Of a stretch of DNA of 64,000 nt, positions 52,776 to 64,000 are shown one piece after another (position 1 is the first letter of the stretch; each line of letters begins with the position of its first letter). The notes below the pieces were generated by a model. It worked only from the letters and a program-made list of their open reading frames with translations, did not search any database and had not been told where the DNA came from. This DNA comes from Selaginella moellendorffii (Eukaryota > Plantae > Lycopodiophyta), in contig NW_003314261.1 in NCBI RefSeq assembly GCF_000143415.4, positions 2,801,266 through 2,865,265 on the forward strand, in the 5' to 3' direction. The position numbers and the translations under genes are program-made.

Positions 52776-52854
52776 GGCATCAGTTCTAGAGAGTTTCCAC
52801 GTCTTCTCGATTGAGAGGAAGCTAGCTAGAACAAAATCCCAAAGATCATACCAT

Positions 52855-53939
52855 CTATCCCATGGCGGCTTTCAGCGCGTCCCCAGCGCCTTGGAAGAAG
52901 CACCACGAGAGGATGAAATCGGCGATGAAGATGCAAACCAGCGAGATCACCACCGCGGAGGTCGTGCTCTCTCCAACACCTTTAGCGCCACCCAGAGTCT
53001 GCAAAGAACACGCCAAGAACACGCTTTAGAACGATCAAAGCTCTCAAAGCTTACCGTCACTCCCCAGGCGCAGCTCACGATCGAAATGATCCCTCCAAAC
53101 ACGAACGACTTGATCATGGTGCTCACGATGTCCCACGGCTGCAAGGCTCTCGCGGCGGAGTCGAGGATGATGTTGGCGCTCACCCGGTACACCGAGTCGG
53201 CCAGGAGCACGCTCGCCGCCATCCCCACCGAGAAACACATGAGCGTGAGGAACGGCATCGCCAGGCAGCACGCCAAGACTCTGGGAGTGATGAGGTAGTC
53301 CACCGGATCAGTCCCAAGAACACGCAGAGTATCGGTTTGCTCGGATACTTGCATCGTCCCAAGCTCCGCCGCGAAGGCGCTGCCCACCCGGCCCGCGAGG
53401 ATCACCGCCGTCACCACCGGAGAGAGCTCCCGCGCCAGCGCCAGTGCGAGGACGCCACCCACGGATCGCGTGAGGCCGAGCTTGGCGAACTCGCGGACGA
53501 ACTGGATCGTGAAGACCATCCCCACGAAGGAGGCGGTGAGGAGATTGACGCCCAGGGAGCCCGGGCCGACGGCCTCCAGCTGCTGGACGGTGTTCCGGAC
53601 GTGGATTCTTCCCTGGAGAGTGCGCAGGATCACCTGGCCGCCGATGACGAGTGTGGCGAGCGCGCGCCAGAGGTAGCGCGGCGGCTTCCATCCCGCGAGC
53701 ACGGGGCTAGAATCGGCCTCTACTGCTGCTGCGGCGGCTGTGGCTGCGGCGGCGGACGATAGAGGCGCGCCATCGGTGCTCTGCTGCTGAAACCCTGCCC
53801 GGCATTTTTGGAGGCAGGCTAGCTTCTTCCGCGGCGGTCGAGGAGCGCCGCGATCTGCTGGGAAGAAGTGGCGGCGATGGAGCAATGACAGACCTGGCGG
53901 AATCTTTGCACGGAGGAGCGCCCTCGCCACATCTGCCAT
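52855..53939 (-). CDS. TGD1: Trigalactosyldiacylglycerol 1 (MlaE-type chloroplast lipid ABC permease); 2 exons
   Basis: WKPPRYLWR, RELSPVVT..AGRVGSAFAAELGTMQVSEQTDTLRVLG, GGAKGVGESTTSAVV. Confidence 0.95.
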
Positions 53940-54044
53940 GCATTCCTGCCTATTAGGGTTCTTGGCCAGCCACACAAAGATTTGCCTCTCATTTGAGCTA
54001 GAGAAATTTGCCATTTTAGCACATCCAAACTTTTCCATCCCAAA

Positions 54045-56000
54045 TAACTTTTAATATTATACATTTCCTTCTCTGTAATAATAGAATTAAGTGGTTGTGC
54101 TGCACATTAACATGTAGCATGTTTAATAGTAAAACTTAATTCAGTTTATCAATTAAAAATTTATAATATTATAAGTTATAAACATAATTTTATTTTTATT
54201 ATATAAATAATATTAAATGGTATCATAAATTAAAATATACTAAGAAATGTTTAAAAAAATTTATAAATTATAAACATACAGACTTTTTACGAAGATCATA
54301 GAAAGTCAAAAGATTTTTTTCTTTAGCCTAAAGATTTCACTGAAAAATGTTTTAACAAAATTAATCTAAATAAATGACAACCCTTAGATAGTAGAATATT
54401 TTAAAAAATTTAAGTATATTTTAATTATATTTATTTAGTTCTTCTTTAGCAAACTAAAAATAACCTTAGATATTACAAAATAACATTTTAGAAATATATT
54501 ATTAATTATTTTCCCTAATTAAAAAATAAGAAATTTAAAAAAATATATTTAACTATCATAAGTAAATAGATAATTTTTATTTACATTTTTATAATTACTA
54601 TGCATTATGTAACATTGTACTTAGACAAATAAAATATTTAGAATATTGCAAAGAAAAACTTATTAACATGGCATAAATATAATCTTTCTAAATTAATATT
54701 AAACGTAACCTTTTTAAAACCCTAAAGTGAAGAGAAAAAGAGAAATATACAATGATAGTCTCAGATGTTTTAATATTAAATAGTTGCACTATATGTATAA
54801 CATTATTTTTACATTTTATCAATACCATTTTAAAATCTCAATACACATATACAATACTCCAGTTTTCTCACAAAATTAAAACCCCACACACTTAAAATAT
54901 TTAAATAAAAAACAAAAATTAAAATTATACTTAAACTTCATTAGTTTTATTTGCTGAATTTAAAATTTTGTATAAGATTAAAGAAAAATAATTAAAGATT
55001 TATAATACATATCCTTTTTATTACTATGAATACTAAATTCCAGAAAAATTCTTAGTAAATAAAACTTTACATTATATATTATTTTTAGCTTTTAAAGAAT
55101 AATAAATTGTAAATCCTATAACCTTAAAAATATTTTTATTTTTTTCATAACATAGTTACTATCAAAATTTGGATAACTACAGAATGCTATACATATTAAA
55201 CCCATCATACAAACTTGTCTAGTTAATTGATAATACTAAATTGTAAATTGGGCTGTGAGGTAAATCCCATCAACCTGTTTAAGATTTCCTGCATTTATCC
55301 AATGTCCATATAGCTCGCCTCAAGAACAAAGTTCATGAACTACCATAGACAAACAAAGAATACATAGGAGGAGGATCCAACAGCAAGACAGCTGCTGAGG
55401 CTACAGTGGCAAAGCAGGCAGAGATTTCGTGCTACCTGGCACCATTGCCCTTCAACAACATCAAGGGCAAGGTGAGTGGGTAAATTGCATAGCCAGGATT
55501 GTGACCCTATGCCATGTTGTAGTAGAGCTCATTTTTGGTTTTTCTGATTGTGTTATCCAGGGAAGTTTGTAGCAAGATTTCCATACAAATCACTGGTCAC
55601 TTATCTCCTGGTAAACCTCTGGGCTATGCAGACGAAGTGAACAGAGATATTTTTGGGAAACTGCAAATTCCACTGGAAGAAAGGGAGGCAAGATCCTTTC
55701 AAGGCAATCCTAAGAGGCCATGCAAATGGCTTAAGAGAAGATTCACGAGCCTTTACTCTCTCCAAAAGCTCTTGGGTATTATCCCTGTGAGTAATTGGTG
55801 TGAATCCAAAAAGGCTGGAGAAATGCTAAGAGAGCAAGTTCTGGAATGTCAAGTTTGGGATAGGAATCATTAGATTATAGAATATATTGGGAGGTGTTTA
55901 GGTATGTTTATAAATTATAAACATAAATGAAATTGTTAGATAATAGAATATATTTTAAATATATTGGAAAGTTCTTTAAAAATAATTTCAAAATAAACCT
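54045..56000. other. Very AT-rich intergenic island enclosing a ~600-bp average-GC fragment (~55250-55870); possible non-autonomous TE
   Basis: Sharp compositional shift from the flanking GC-rich genes; no recognisable ORF or termini. Confidence 0.35.
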
Positions 56001-56094
56001 TTTGGACATATGAAAACAGAAAGCTTTACAAACTTGATTTCTCGAGCAGGCAGTAAAAATTTACAAACCAAAGGCAATCCTTTGTATTGTCGGC

Positions 56095-57637
56095 TCAAAT
56101 CCGTCCAACCTGCAAGGACGCTGCTACTTCTTTCCTCAGTTCCTCCATGTCCCTGGCCAGCTCCACATGATCCTGCTCGAGCATCAGCTGCTCCAGCGTC
56201 CGCCGGAGCTTTTCCAGCGCCACATCCAACCCCGACACGCCCTTGAGCGTCTTGTGCGTGCTCCCGACGCGAGCCAGGCTCTTGAGAGCCATGAGTGCCT
56301 GCATATCAAAAGTTCACGCAAGTTAAAACTCACAAAAACTTCGAGAGGCTTTCTTGCCTTTTCTTGAGTGTCCAAGTCCGACGAACCGAGTATCTGGACA
56401 ACAGATTCCACTAGCTCGTCCTCGGGAACGTAGCTTGATAAACCTCCTCCAGCTTCCGCAAGCTGCTCGGCTAAGTCGGCCACCAAAAACAGAGCCTTCT
56501 TCATGAGTCTCTGGCTCGTGCTAGAGCTGCTTAACAGTTCCTGCTCGACAGGAACAAGAAGATTAACAGAGATTGGAGCGAGAAATCAAGTTTCCACGAC
56601 GCTTACCTGCAAGAGTCTCGCGCCACCTTGCTCGTAAAACGCTTCGTGGCCAGCGGGATAGTTCCTGATCACAGCGGAAACGGCATACAGAGCCTTCACG
56701 GCCTCCTCCTCGGAAGTAGCCGTAACCATTTTCATCAAAGCTGGAAGTGTTTCCATTTGTAAAATCTACAATGATAAAGACATGAAGAAGTTCATGTAGC
56801 CGCCGCTTTCCATCGGACAAGGTGTTTTACCTGACTTTGGACGAGACGATTGTTCTGACTGGCCTTTCCCAGCACCCACGCTGCGGCTACCCGGATGTCC
56901 TCTTCGGGGCTCTGGAGCACATCGATCACAGCTTCCAGGCCACCCAGCTTGTTTAAATCTGAGAGAAAGAGATTTTTCAGTGAAAGTTCCAAAACAGGGA
57001 AAACAAAAACAGGTACCATTTGCGTTGTCAATCGGCTCAACGAGCTCCAGTAGCTCGTCCAAAGCACGCTTGTGCTCGTCAACCGAGAGAGAAGAATTCT
57101 TAAGATCCTTGATCGCTATTCTCATCAAATCTGCATCAGATGGCATTTTCAATCTCTCCATCAGTTCCTAATAAGCACAGAAACAAACAAATCCATTATA
57201 CACAGCCAGTTCGTTTCTCCAGGTTTCTTTCCTCACCTTGATATCCGCTCGACGCTTTGCGAGTTCCTCGGGAGTCAGCCTCATGGTTTCCCTGGCAGAG
57301 TCCTTTAGTTTCTCTGGATCAGAGTGTCCTGCGAAGAACACGAATCTTATACCATCCAACCCAGCAAGCATTGTTTGATACCTATGGCCCATTGGAGAAG
57401 GCTATCTAGCGTTGGAAACCCGACCTCGGTATCCTCCAACAGCGAGACCTGCGCCTTGGTTTCCAGATCCTTCTCGTCGATTCCAGTCACCCACGCAAAG
57501 CCTCCCCGGCTCGAATTCAGCTTCGCGTCCAGCCCAGCTATCCTAGAGAGCACAGTGGGCGGCGCCGCTGCCGCTGCCGCCCCGCAGGCCAGGGAGAAGA
57601 AACACACCAGCGCCATCGCCATCGCCATTCTCGCCAT
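56095..57637 (-). CDS. SIL1: ER Hsp70 (BiP) nucleotide-exchange factor, SIL1/Fes1-type; spliced
   Basis: Signal peptide; LDSLLQWAIG|HSDPEKLK, LKMPSDADLM, LVEPIDNAN, AAWVLGKASQNN (ARM repeats). Confidence 0.82.
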
Positions 57638-58010
57638 TCCCCTTCCCTATCGCAAACCCTAAAATTTGCCACCACGTCGGACGTGGCATGCCAGTGAAAA
57701 GTTGCCACGTGTAACCAATGTTTAATTCAAAATCTCGCGCCACCATGTGTTTAAATCTGGCTTACGTATAGAGATGTAGGCCCGGGAATGGCAAGCCGAG
57801 TGGTCTTATCGATGGGGAGCCACAACTTTATCAACTAGATCTTCAAGATTGTCCCTCCCGCAAGGCATCCGTCTTTGTTGCTTGTAGCGCTGAATTTGAG
57901 CTTGAGCGAGTACAGTGACTCATACTGATTCATTACTCTGAGTAGTCTCCACGTCAATGCTTTGCGTACCTTGAGAGTACTCGCGGTCTCGTCTCGCAAT
58001 CTCACAGAGA

Positions 58011-59819
58011 ATGGCTTTCGTACTTCATCATGGAGCAGCCGGATTTCTCTCTCCAGTGAGCAAGACGCGAGCAGCAGCGCAAAGCCAGCACCCTGGAATC
58101 AGAGCAACAGCAGTCAGGGAGCAGCCACTGGAAGAAGAAAAAGAACTGAAAAGCTTACTTAGTTTAAGCTCCTCCTCCATCGCCACCGCCGCCACCACCA
58201 CCACCGCCAGAAAGCCATACACGGGCATTGCAGGACGGCTCTGCGACGCCGCCGAGAGCTTCATTGCAAACTTCATCGAGCCGCGAGTGGTGCGTCCCCC
58301 GCGATCGGACCCAAAGATCCAGCTCGCCGACAACTTTGCGCCGGTTCCCTGCGAAGTCCCTCCGCAGCCGTGCACCCTGGTTCGAGGAGAGATCCCGGAG
58401 TGCCTGAAAGGAGGCATCTACATCCGGAACGGTGCCAATCCGCTCTTCAAGCCGGTGGGAGGATACCACTACTTCGACGGCCATGGAATGCTTCACGCTG
58501 TCAAGTTCGTTGGTGGAGTTCCATACTACTGCTGCCGCTACACCAAGACCAACAGGTACAAGCACGAAGCTTCCGCTGGCCGGTCCCTGTTCCCGAATCC
58601 GTTGGGAGATAGTCACGGAGTCCCAGGAATCGCTCGCATCACACTCTTCGCCATGAGAGTCGCGCTGGGAATCGTCGATGCCACTGGAGGAATCGGGACT
58701 GCGAACGCTGGGCTTGTCTTCCACAATGGAACTCTTCTCGCCATGTCCGAGGACGACATGCCTTATGCTGTTCGTATCTGCGAGAGTGGCGACCTCGAGA
58801 CCGTCGGAAGGTTCGGTTTTGATGGCGAGAACCAGCTCAAGTCGCCAATGACAGCTCATCCCAAGCTGGATCCACGGACTGGAGAGCTGCTCTGTTACAG
58901 CTACAGCGTCGCCACGAAGCCGTATCTCAAGTACTTCAAAGTTTCTGCTCGAGGAGTGAAGTCCAAGGACGTTCCAATTCCCCTGTCCGAGCCGGTTATG
59001 ATGCACGACTTCGTGGCGACCGAGAACTTCGTCGTCTTCCCGGAGACGCAGATAGTTTTCCGGTTCCAAGATCTCTTCCTGAAGAGAACCTCTGCCGTTG
59101 TGTGCGACGAGAACAAAGTCCCACGATTTGGTGTTCTTCCCAGGAACGCCGAGGATGTGTCCGGCTTGAAATGGTTCGACGTCCCTGGCTTCACGAGTTT
59201 GCACTTTGTGACCGGCTGGGAGGAGGACGGCGGAGAAAAGATCGTGCTGATCGCTGCAAAGACATGGCCGCTCAGGAACATGTTTGATGATCCGGCTTCC
59301 GTTCATAACACAGTCTGTGAAGTCCATCTAGATATGAAGACGAGCCTGGCTACCGTAACACGAGTCACTGCTGCAGTTCTCGAGATCGGCCAAGTCGATC
59401 ACCGGATGATCACCAGAAAGACGAGGTATGCTTATTATTCGATTTATGGTCCCTGGCCGAAGTTCTCTGGAGTTGCAAAGCTCGATCTGAATGCTCCCAG
59501 ATGTTCCAACGTGACGACCATCTCTGAAGAAGCTCTCGAGTATGACCCCGCTGTGGTTGCATGGAGAAAATTTGGAACGGGACGTTTTGGCAGTGAGCCA
59601 TTTTTCGTTCCCAGGAACGACGATGCCGAGGAAGATGACGGCTTTCTGCTTTGCTACGTCCACGATGAAATAACTGGCGTCTCCGAACTGCTTATTATGG
59701 ATGCGAGCTCTCCCAAGCTAGACACAGTAGCGTCCATCGAGCTCCCTTCGAGAGTACCATACGGTTTCCATGGGCTGTTCGTGAACAAGGAAAAGTTAGC
59801 TCAGCAGAAGCCTGTATAA
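58011..59819 (+). CDS. NCED: Carotenoid cleavage dioxygenase, NCED-like, plastid-targeted, intronless (602 aa)
   Basis: NFAPV, YIRNGANP, four iron-ligand His (TAHPK, MMHDF, SLHFV, YGFHG), EEDDGFL; transit peptide. Confidence 0.8.
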   Translation: MAFVLHHGAAGFLSPVSKTRAAAQSQHPGIRATAVREQPLEEEKELKSLLSLSSSSIATAATTTTARKPYTGIAGRLCDAAESFIANFIEPRVVRPPRSDPKIQLADNFAPVPCEVPPQPCTLVRGEIPECLKGGIYIRNGANPLFKPVGGYHYFDGHGMLHAVKFVGGVPYYCCRYTKTNRYKHEASAGRSLFPNPLGDSHGVPGIARITLFAMRVALGIVDATGGIGTANAGLVFHNGTLLAMSEDDMPYAVRICESGDLETVGRFGFDGENQLKSPMTAHPKLDPRTGELLCYSYSVATKPYLKYFKVSARGVKSKDVPIPLSEPVMMHDFVATENFVVFPETQIVFRFQDLFLKRTSAVVCDENKVPRFGVLPRNAEDVSGLKWFDVPGFTSLHFVTGWEEDGGEKIVLIAAKTWPLRNMFDDPASVHNTVCEVHLDMKTSLATVTRVTAAVLEIGQVDHRMITRKTRYAYYSIYGPWPKFSGVAKLDLNAPRCSNVTTISEEALEYDPAVVAWRKFGTGRFGSEPFFVPRNDDAEEDDGFLLCYVHDEITGVSELLIMDASSPKLDTVASIELPSRVPYGFHGLFVNKEKLAQQKPV

Positions 59820-59859
59820 CAAGTAGCTACCAAACTAATGTGTGTAGGTCCATATCACG

Positions 59860-61090
59860 TCAATGTCCAGCGTTTGACACCGCAGCCAATGGATTTATTT
59901 GCAATCCGAAAGCAAGGTCCCAAAAGTCTTTTAGTCCAGTGAGAGCGCCTCGCAACACGTTGCTCATGGCCCTACAAAATCAAGCACTTGAATCTAGAGT
60001 AGATAACCATAAGCTCAAACCTCCGGATAAGGTGGCGTTTCTTGATCAACGCATACACCATAATAATCGTTGCAAGGCTCTTTCCTATTGCAGAGAACTG
60101 GAATGATATTCGAGCCAATGCTTGGATCCAAAATATGCGAAGCACTTCAACCAGGAGCTTTACCCAGTAAGCAAAGCTTATACGTAGCGATGTCGATTGG
60201 AGAGCTCTCGTTTTCTTTGTAGGTGCAGATTCTTTGTCACCAAGAAAGCCGGCTCCCTGTTCTTCTTCTTTGTTCTTTGGCGTAGGGACGGTACGATCAA
60301 GAAGCTTTTCCAACAGTTCCTATCAAACAAACAACTCGTGAAAAACGCAATGAATATTTCTGAAGGGACGACCACTTACTTGCCTTCTCCTTTCCGGCAG
60401 GTCGAGTTTCTCCGTCCAGCTGAGGACCAACTTGGGGTCGTTGAGACGTAATACGTGCACAGAAAAGATTTCTGATAAGTCGGCATAAATATCCTCCGGC
60501 AACAGCATAGTGCACTCTTTGACAGTTTTAGTGTAAAAGCCACTTTGTTGGGCATCCCTGGACCAGCCATCGAGGTAGCACTGAAGAGCTAGATGAGCAG
60601 GATAATGGAGCTGAGATGAGACTTGTAGACAAATTCTACAGAGCTGTCGTTTAGAAAAAAAAATATGACAAAAAAGAAGGACTCACGCTGGAAGAACCAA
60701 GTAGTGCGGTATAAACTCCAGACTCTCGAAATGATCTTCCAAGATGCTAAATAACGATCCAAGCCTGAAAAGAAGTTTAGACCGTTTAAAACTAGCGCTA
60801 TTTGTTACCTCCCCATTTCGCTTGTCGCTTGGACAAGCACCATTCCAGCAGCTTCAACAAGGTCTCTAAGGCCTTGATCGTTAACAGCGTAGAGAAGCCG
60901 TCGAGTGTCCGAGGATTTTAGCCGCAGCTTGTCAAGAACCTCGGACGCCTTGGACAAAGAACTGGCATACATCGCGCTAACGAGGAATCTAGAGCACGAA
61001 AATAAGATCGATCCGCAGAGGTGGAGTGGAAATTTACCTCTCAGCGAGGACAATATCGTCCCACAGCGCATCCCCTTCCTCGCCCAGCAT
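59860..61090 (-). CDS. APEM9: APEM9/PEX26-like peroxisomal membrane anchor; spliced
   Basis: ALWDDIVLAERFLVSAMY, LVEAAGMVLVQ, C-terminal TM and DFWDLAFGLQINPLAA, which resemble plant APEM9. Confidence 0.78.
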
Positions 61091-61154
61091 TGTGATAAAC
61101 CCTAAAAACAGAGCCCTAATATTTGATCTAGTCCATACCTATTTCTCACGTCTT

Positions 61155-62588
61155 TCACAGCATCGCGTTGGAAAGAAGAGGAATGGTGGCCAGGGAAGAA
61201 CACGACGATCTCGCGCGACGGCGAGCGCGATCGACGTCTCTGTGCGTCCGGCTGCTGCTAAGAAGTGCCCGGATCGCGGCGGCGTCCGGAGAGAACGGCA
61301 TTGCTCGCAGCAGCTCTTCCGCCTGCTCGAGCCTTCCCATCCGGCCCAGGAGGTCGATCGCGCAGGAGATGTGCTCGATCCCCGGAGAGAGCCCGTGATC
61401 CAGGCTCATCGATCCCAGAAATCCCTGGCACTGATCGACGAGGCCCAGATGCGCGCAAGCGGCAAGAACATTGAGACATGTCACGCCATTTGGATTCCAC
61501 CCTTCCATCTGCATCGACGCGAAGAGCTCGAGCGCTTGCTCGCCAGCTTTCGAGCGCGAGCACGCGAAGATCATCGCTGTCCAGCAGATGGTATCCAGCT
61601 CGGGCATCCGATCAAACGTAGCTCGAGCTACGCCCATCTCTCCAGCCTGCGAGTAGATCTCGAGGATCGAGGTCCAGGCCACGATATCTCGCTGCGGCAT
61701 GGAATGGAAGACGATCGATGCCGCCGCTGGTTCCCTGGAGCAAGCCCCGAGGAGAGACGTCCAAGAGACAATGTCCTTGATCGGCATCTTCCGAAAGACT
61801 GGCAAAGCGCTGTAAAGATCCCCAGCCTGGGCAAATGCTGATAGAAGACTGTTCCAAGCGACTAGATCCCACTCCGGCATGGTGTCAAAGAAATCTTGGG
61901 CTTGATCGATGTGGCCGGATTGCGCAAACGCTTGGAGCATTGCGGTCGAGAGAAGGAGATTCCGGAATGGACTGGTGTCGAATGTGTTCTTCGCGCCTTC
62001 CAGATTGCCATTCCGGGCAAATGCCGCAAGGAGTGAAATCCACGAGACATCGGTCCACTGTCGCATGGAATCAAAGACGCGCTTGGCGCTGGCTGGATCA
62101 GCGGCTTGAGCGAAAGCCACGAGCATCACATTGCAAGAAACCGCGTCGTGCTGGGGCATCCTCTCAAAGACGTTCCTGGCCTGGGCTAGAAGCCCTGATC
62201 TGGCGGCGTACACCTGGAGGAAGATCGTCCAGGAGATCAAGCTGCGCTCCTGCATTGAATCGAAGACAGCCACCGCCGAATCGATCTGGCCCTCGTTCGT
62301 GAAGGCCTTGAGCATGATTGTCCAGGAGACGACATTCCACTCGGGCATGGCGCCGAGGAGAGATTCCATCCGGCGGAGCTGCTGCCCCTTCCTAGCATAA
62401 GCATCCAGGAGCGCATTCCACGACACGATCGTCCACCCCGGCATCGCATCGAAGGCGTTCTTTGCGCCCGAGGCATTGCCTATCGAAGCGAAACTTGAGA
62501 TGAGCGAATTCCAAGCCACAAAATCCTTGCCCTTGTTCTTGGCTTCATCGCTATGCCGCTCAAACCCAATGGCGGGAAATCTGAGCAT
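61155..62588 (-). CDS. PLS-class PPR protein (477 aa) with truncated or divergent E domain
   Basis: Tandem short FDxMPxWxxVSW repeats; HISCAIDLLGRMG; ends shortly after LLSSSRTHRD. Confidence 0.85.
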   Translation of the reverse strand: MLRFPAIGFERHSDEAKNKGKDFVAWNSLISSFASIGNASGAKNAFDAMPGWTIVSWNALLDAYARKGQQLRRMESLLGAMPEWNVVSWTIMLKAFTNEGQIDSAVAVFDSMQERSLISWTIFLQVYAARSGLLAQARNVFERMPQHDAVSCNVMLVAFAQAADPASAKRVFDSMRQWTDVSWISLLAAFARNGNLEGAKNTFDTSPFRNLLLSTAMLQAFAQSGHIDQAQDFFDTMPEWDLVAWNSLLSAFAQAGDLYSALPVFRKMPIKDIVSWTSLLGACSREPAAASIVFHSMPQRDIVAWTSILEIYSQAGEMGVARATFDRMPELDTICWTAMIFACSRSKAGEQALELFASMQMEGWNPNGVTCLNVLAACAHLGLVDQCQGFLGSMSLDHGLSPGIEHISCAIDLLGRMGRLEQAEELLRAMPFSPDAAAIRALLSSSRTHRDVDRARRRARSSCSSLATIPLLSNAML

Positions 62589-64000
62589 ATGCGCATATGC
62601 ATATATTCTGCTAGAGCGTAAGTCTTTTCCCTAGCAATTCACAATTGACATTTGCAACTACCAAAAGTAAAAAGGAAATACCAAGCACGATTAGCCTAAG
62701 AACCATAAAGTTTTTGTCTTTCATCCAATGCAGCAAATTAGGGATGGATATGGATTTATGGAATGAAATGCTCTGCGATTTGTGGCAAATCCTCTCTGTA
62801 CGATCATCAGCTCTATCCCAATTTCTCATAAACACTGTCCTAGAAAGCTTATTTCCTGGAGCTGACGGGGATAAGGCGTGATTGCTTTGGCTCACCATCA
62901 TTGCGTGAGAGAAGACCCAGTGGTTACACAACCACTGGAAACCTTCTATTGCTAACTGGGGAAAAAGCAGCGAAAAAAGAAATGCTCACCATAGTGTTGG
63001 CATTCACAACCTCGGCAGTATGCTTTGTGTGTGGAGGTCGATCCCTGGTGATGGCAGCGATGTTGTGCATGTAATCAAAATTGCAACACTTGAGAGAGAG
63101 GAGGGAGCTAGACCACGTGTTGTGATTTGGCCCTCATCCACAGCAAACAATAAACTTCTTCTATCCCAGCCATCCTCTCATTGGCCATGCAAACATTCAC
63201 AAAAGTTTTCCCAAGAGCCTCCACTCCTTCTCGTTCTACAGATAGAAAAAGCTTTCCAAATCTAAAATCTAAATTTTACTTGAAATTTACTTGCCTTATT
63301 GGAATTCAGATTTACCACTGGGAAAGAAACATTGATAAATCTTTCCAAGCTACAGACCGGATTCACATTGAAGTTAGGAATCTTGGACGCTACTTTGTGA
63401 CAGTATCACATTTTAGTTTCAAGTATAAGCTGCTTTAGGATGAACCACACTTAGACTTTATTATGTTGACAACCTGGAAGTTTTTGGAGCAGTAGCGTCA
63501 ACTCCAGTTTAGAGAATTTCTACTGATGGCCATGCAATCTACATCAAACAAAATGTTTGCAGTAGATCTTTTCTACATCATGCTAGGGTTTTGTAAGCAG
63601 GTGGCATAGAGTCACGAGCGGCCAGCAGCATGGTCGATGAGTGAGCTACTTAGGTGGTGCACAGGGCGATAGAGCTTAAAATATAGAAATATTTTAGGTA
63701 ACAATCCAAGAAAAGGTATAAAGATTGTATTGTTAGATAAAAAAATTGCACAACTAAATATAATATTTAATTTAATCTAGTGATTAAATTTAGTTATGAG
63801 AGACATTTAATTTGTGCCTATATTATGCATATGCTGTGATTATAATAGATGCTGATAAGATTTGCAGACAAATAGCCACAACAATTGTCATTGCAGCATA
63901 TTTAAAGCCATGGGTCTTATGCTTCTTGGGGAGTGTTGCAAGAATTTGTAAAAAGTATATGAACTAGAAATTGCCCAACAAAAGTTGGCAGGTTGGCAAG

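Noticed and set aside
49351-53762. Long antisense ORFs (for example 49351-50175, 51640-52311, 52621-53298; also 58164-59327)
   Set aside because: Shadow ORFs opposite GC-rich real genes, with no protein motifs.
57785-57830. tRNA-like GCCGAGTGGTCT A-box
   Set aside because: No T-loop GTTCRA or cloverleaf stems downstream.
39181-59819. Biosynthetic gene cluster (2OG dioxygenase, NCED-like, TGD1)
   Set aside because: The enzymes are far apart, separated by unrelated housekeeping genes, and there is no scaffold-forming enzyme.
62611-63440. Short ORFs including a hydrophobic peptide (MKDKNFMVLRLIVLGISF..)
   Set aside because: Cannot assemble a consistent spliced model or assign a family; left unannotated.

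Overview
Eukaryotic plant nuclear DNA. The ~50-60 bp GT-AG introns, extreme gene density, gene content (PLS-class PPRs, TGD1, NCED, malate synthase, sideroflexin) and GC-rich exons suggest a lycophyte such as Selaginella moellendorffii (inference). The window has two compartments. (1) 1-22.9 kb is a nested Ty3/gypsy LTR-retrotransposon island. It holds an old decayed element; an Athila/Tat-like element (3910-8855, TSD GAGCT) with a fold-back-rearranged 3' end; a solo LTR inserted antisense into an LTR of its own family (TSD CCCAA); and two divergently oriented copies of a small 5-kb element with 175-bp LTRs and a tRNA-Ala PBS. (2) 23.1-62.6 kb is a very compact block of about 20 genes: short RPN2, PMM, PAM16, DRE2, CAP-G, APD-like RING E3, F-box, AAMP/SQT1-like WD40, 2OG dioxygenase with a premature stop, secreted chimeric B-lectin, organellar nucleotidyltransferase, sideroflexin, OXA1, malate synthase, two PPRs, TGD1, SIL1/Fes1, NCED-like and APEM9. 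The most notable points are the repeated same-strand gene pairs separated by only 47-102 bp, mostly with a telo-box in the spacer (possible polycistronic or overlapping units), a Swp1-sized ribophorin II, a plant sideroflexin sharing a 97-bp bidirectional promoter with OXA1, and a lectin with an unrecognised N-terminal domain. Spliced-gene coordinates were read by eye (ATG to stop, introns included).
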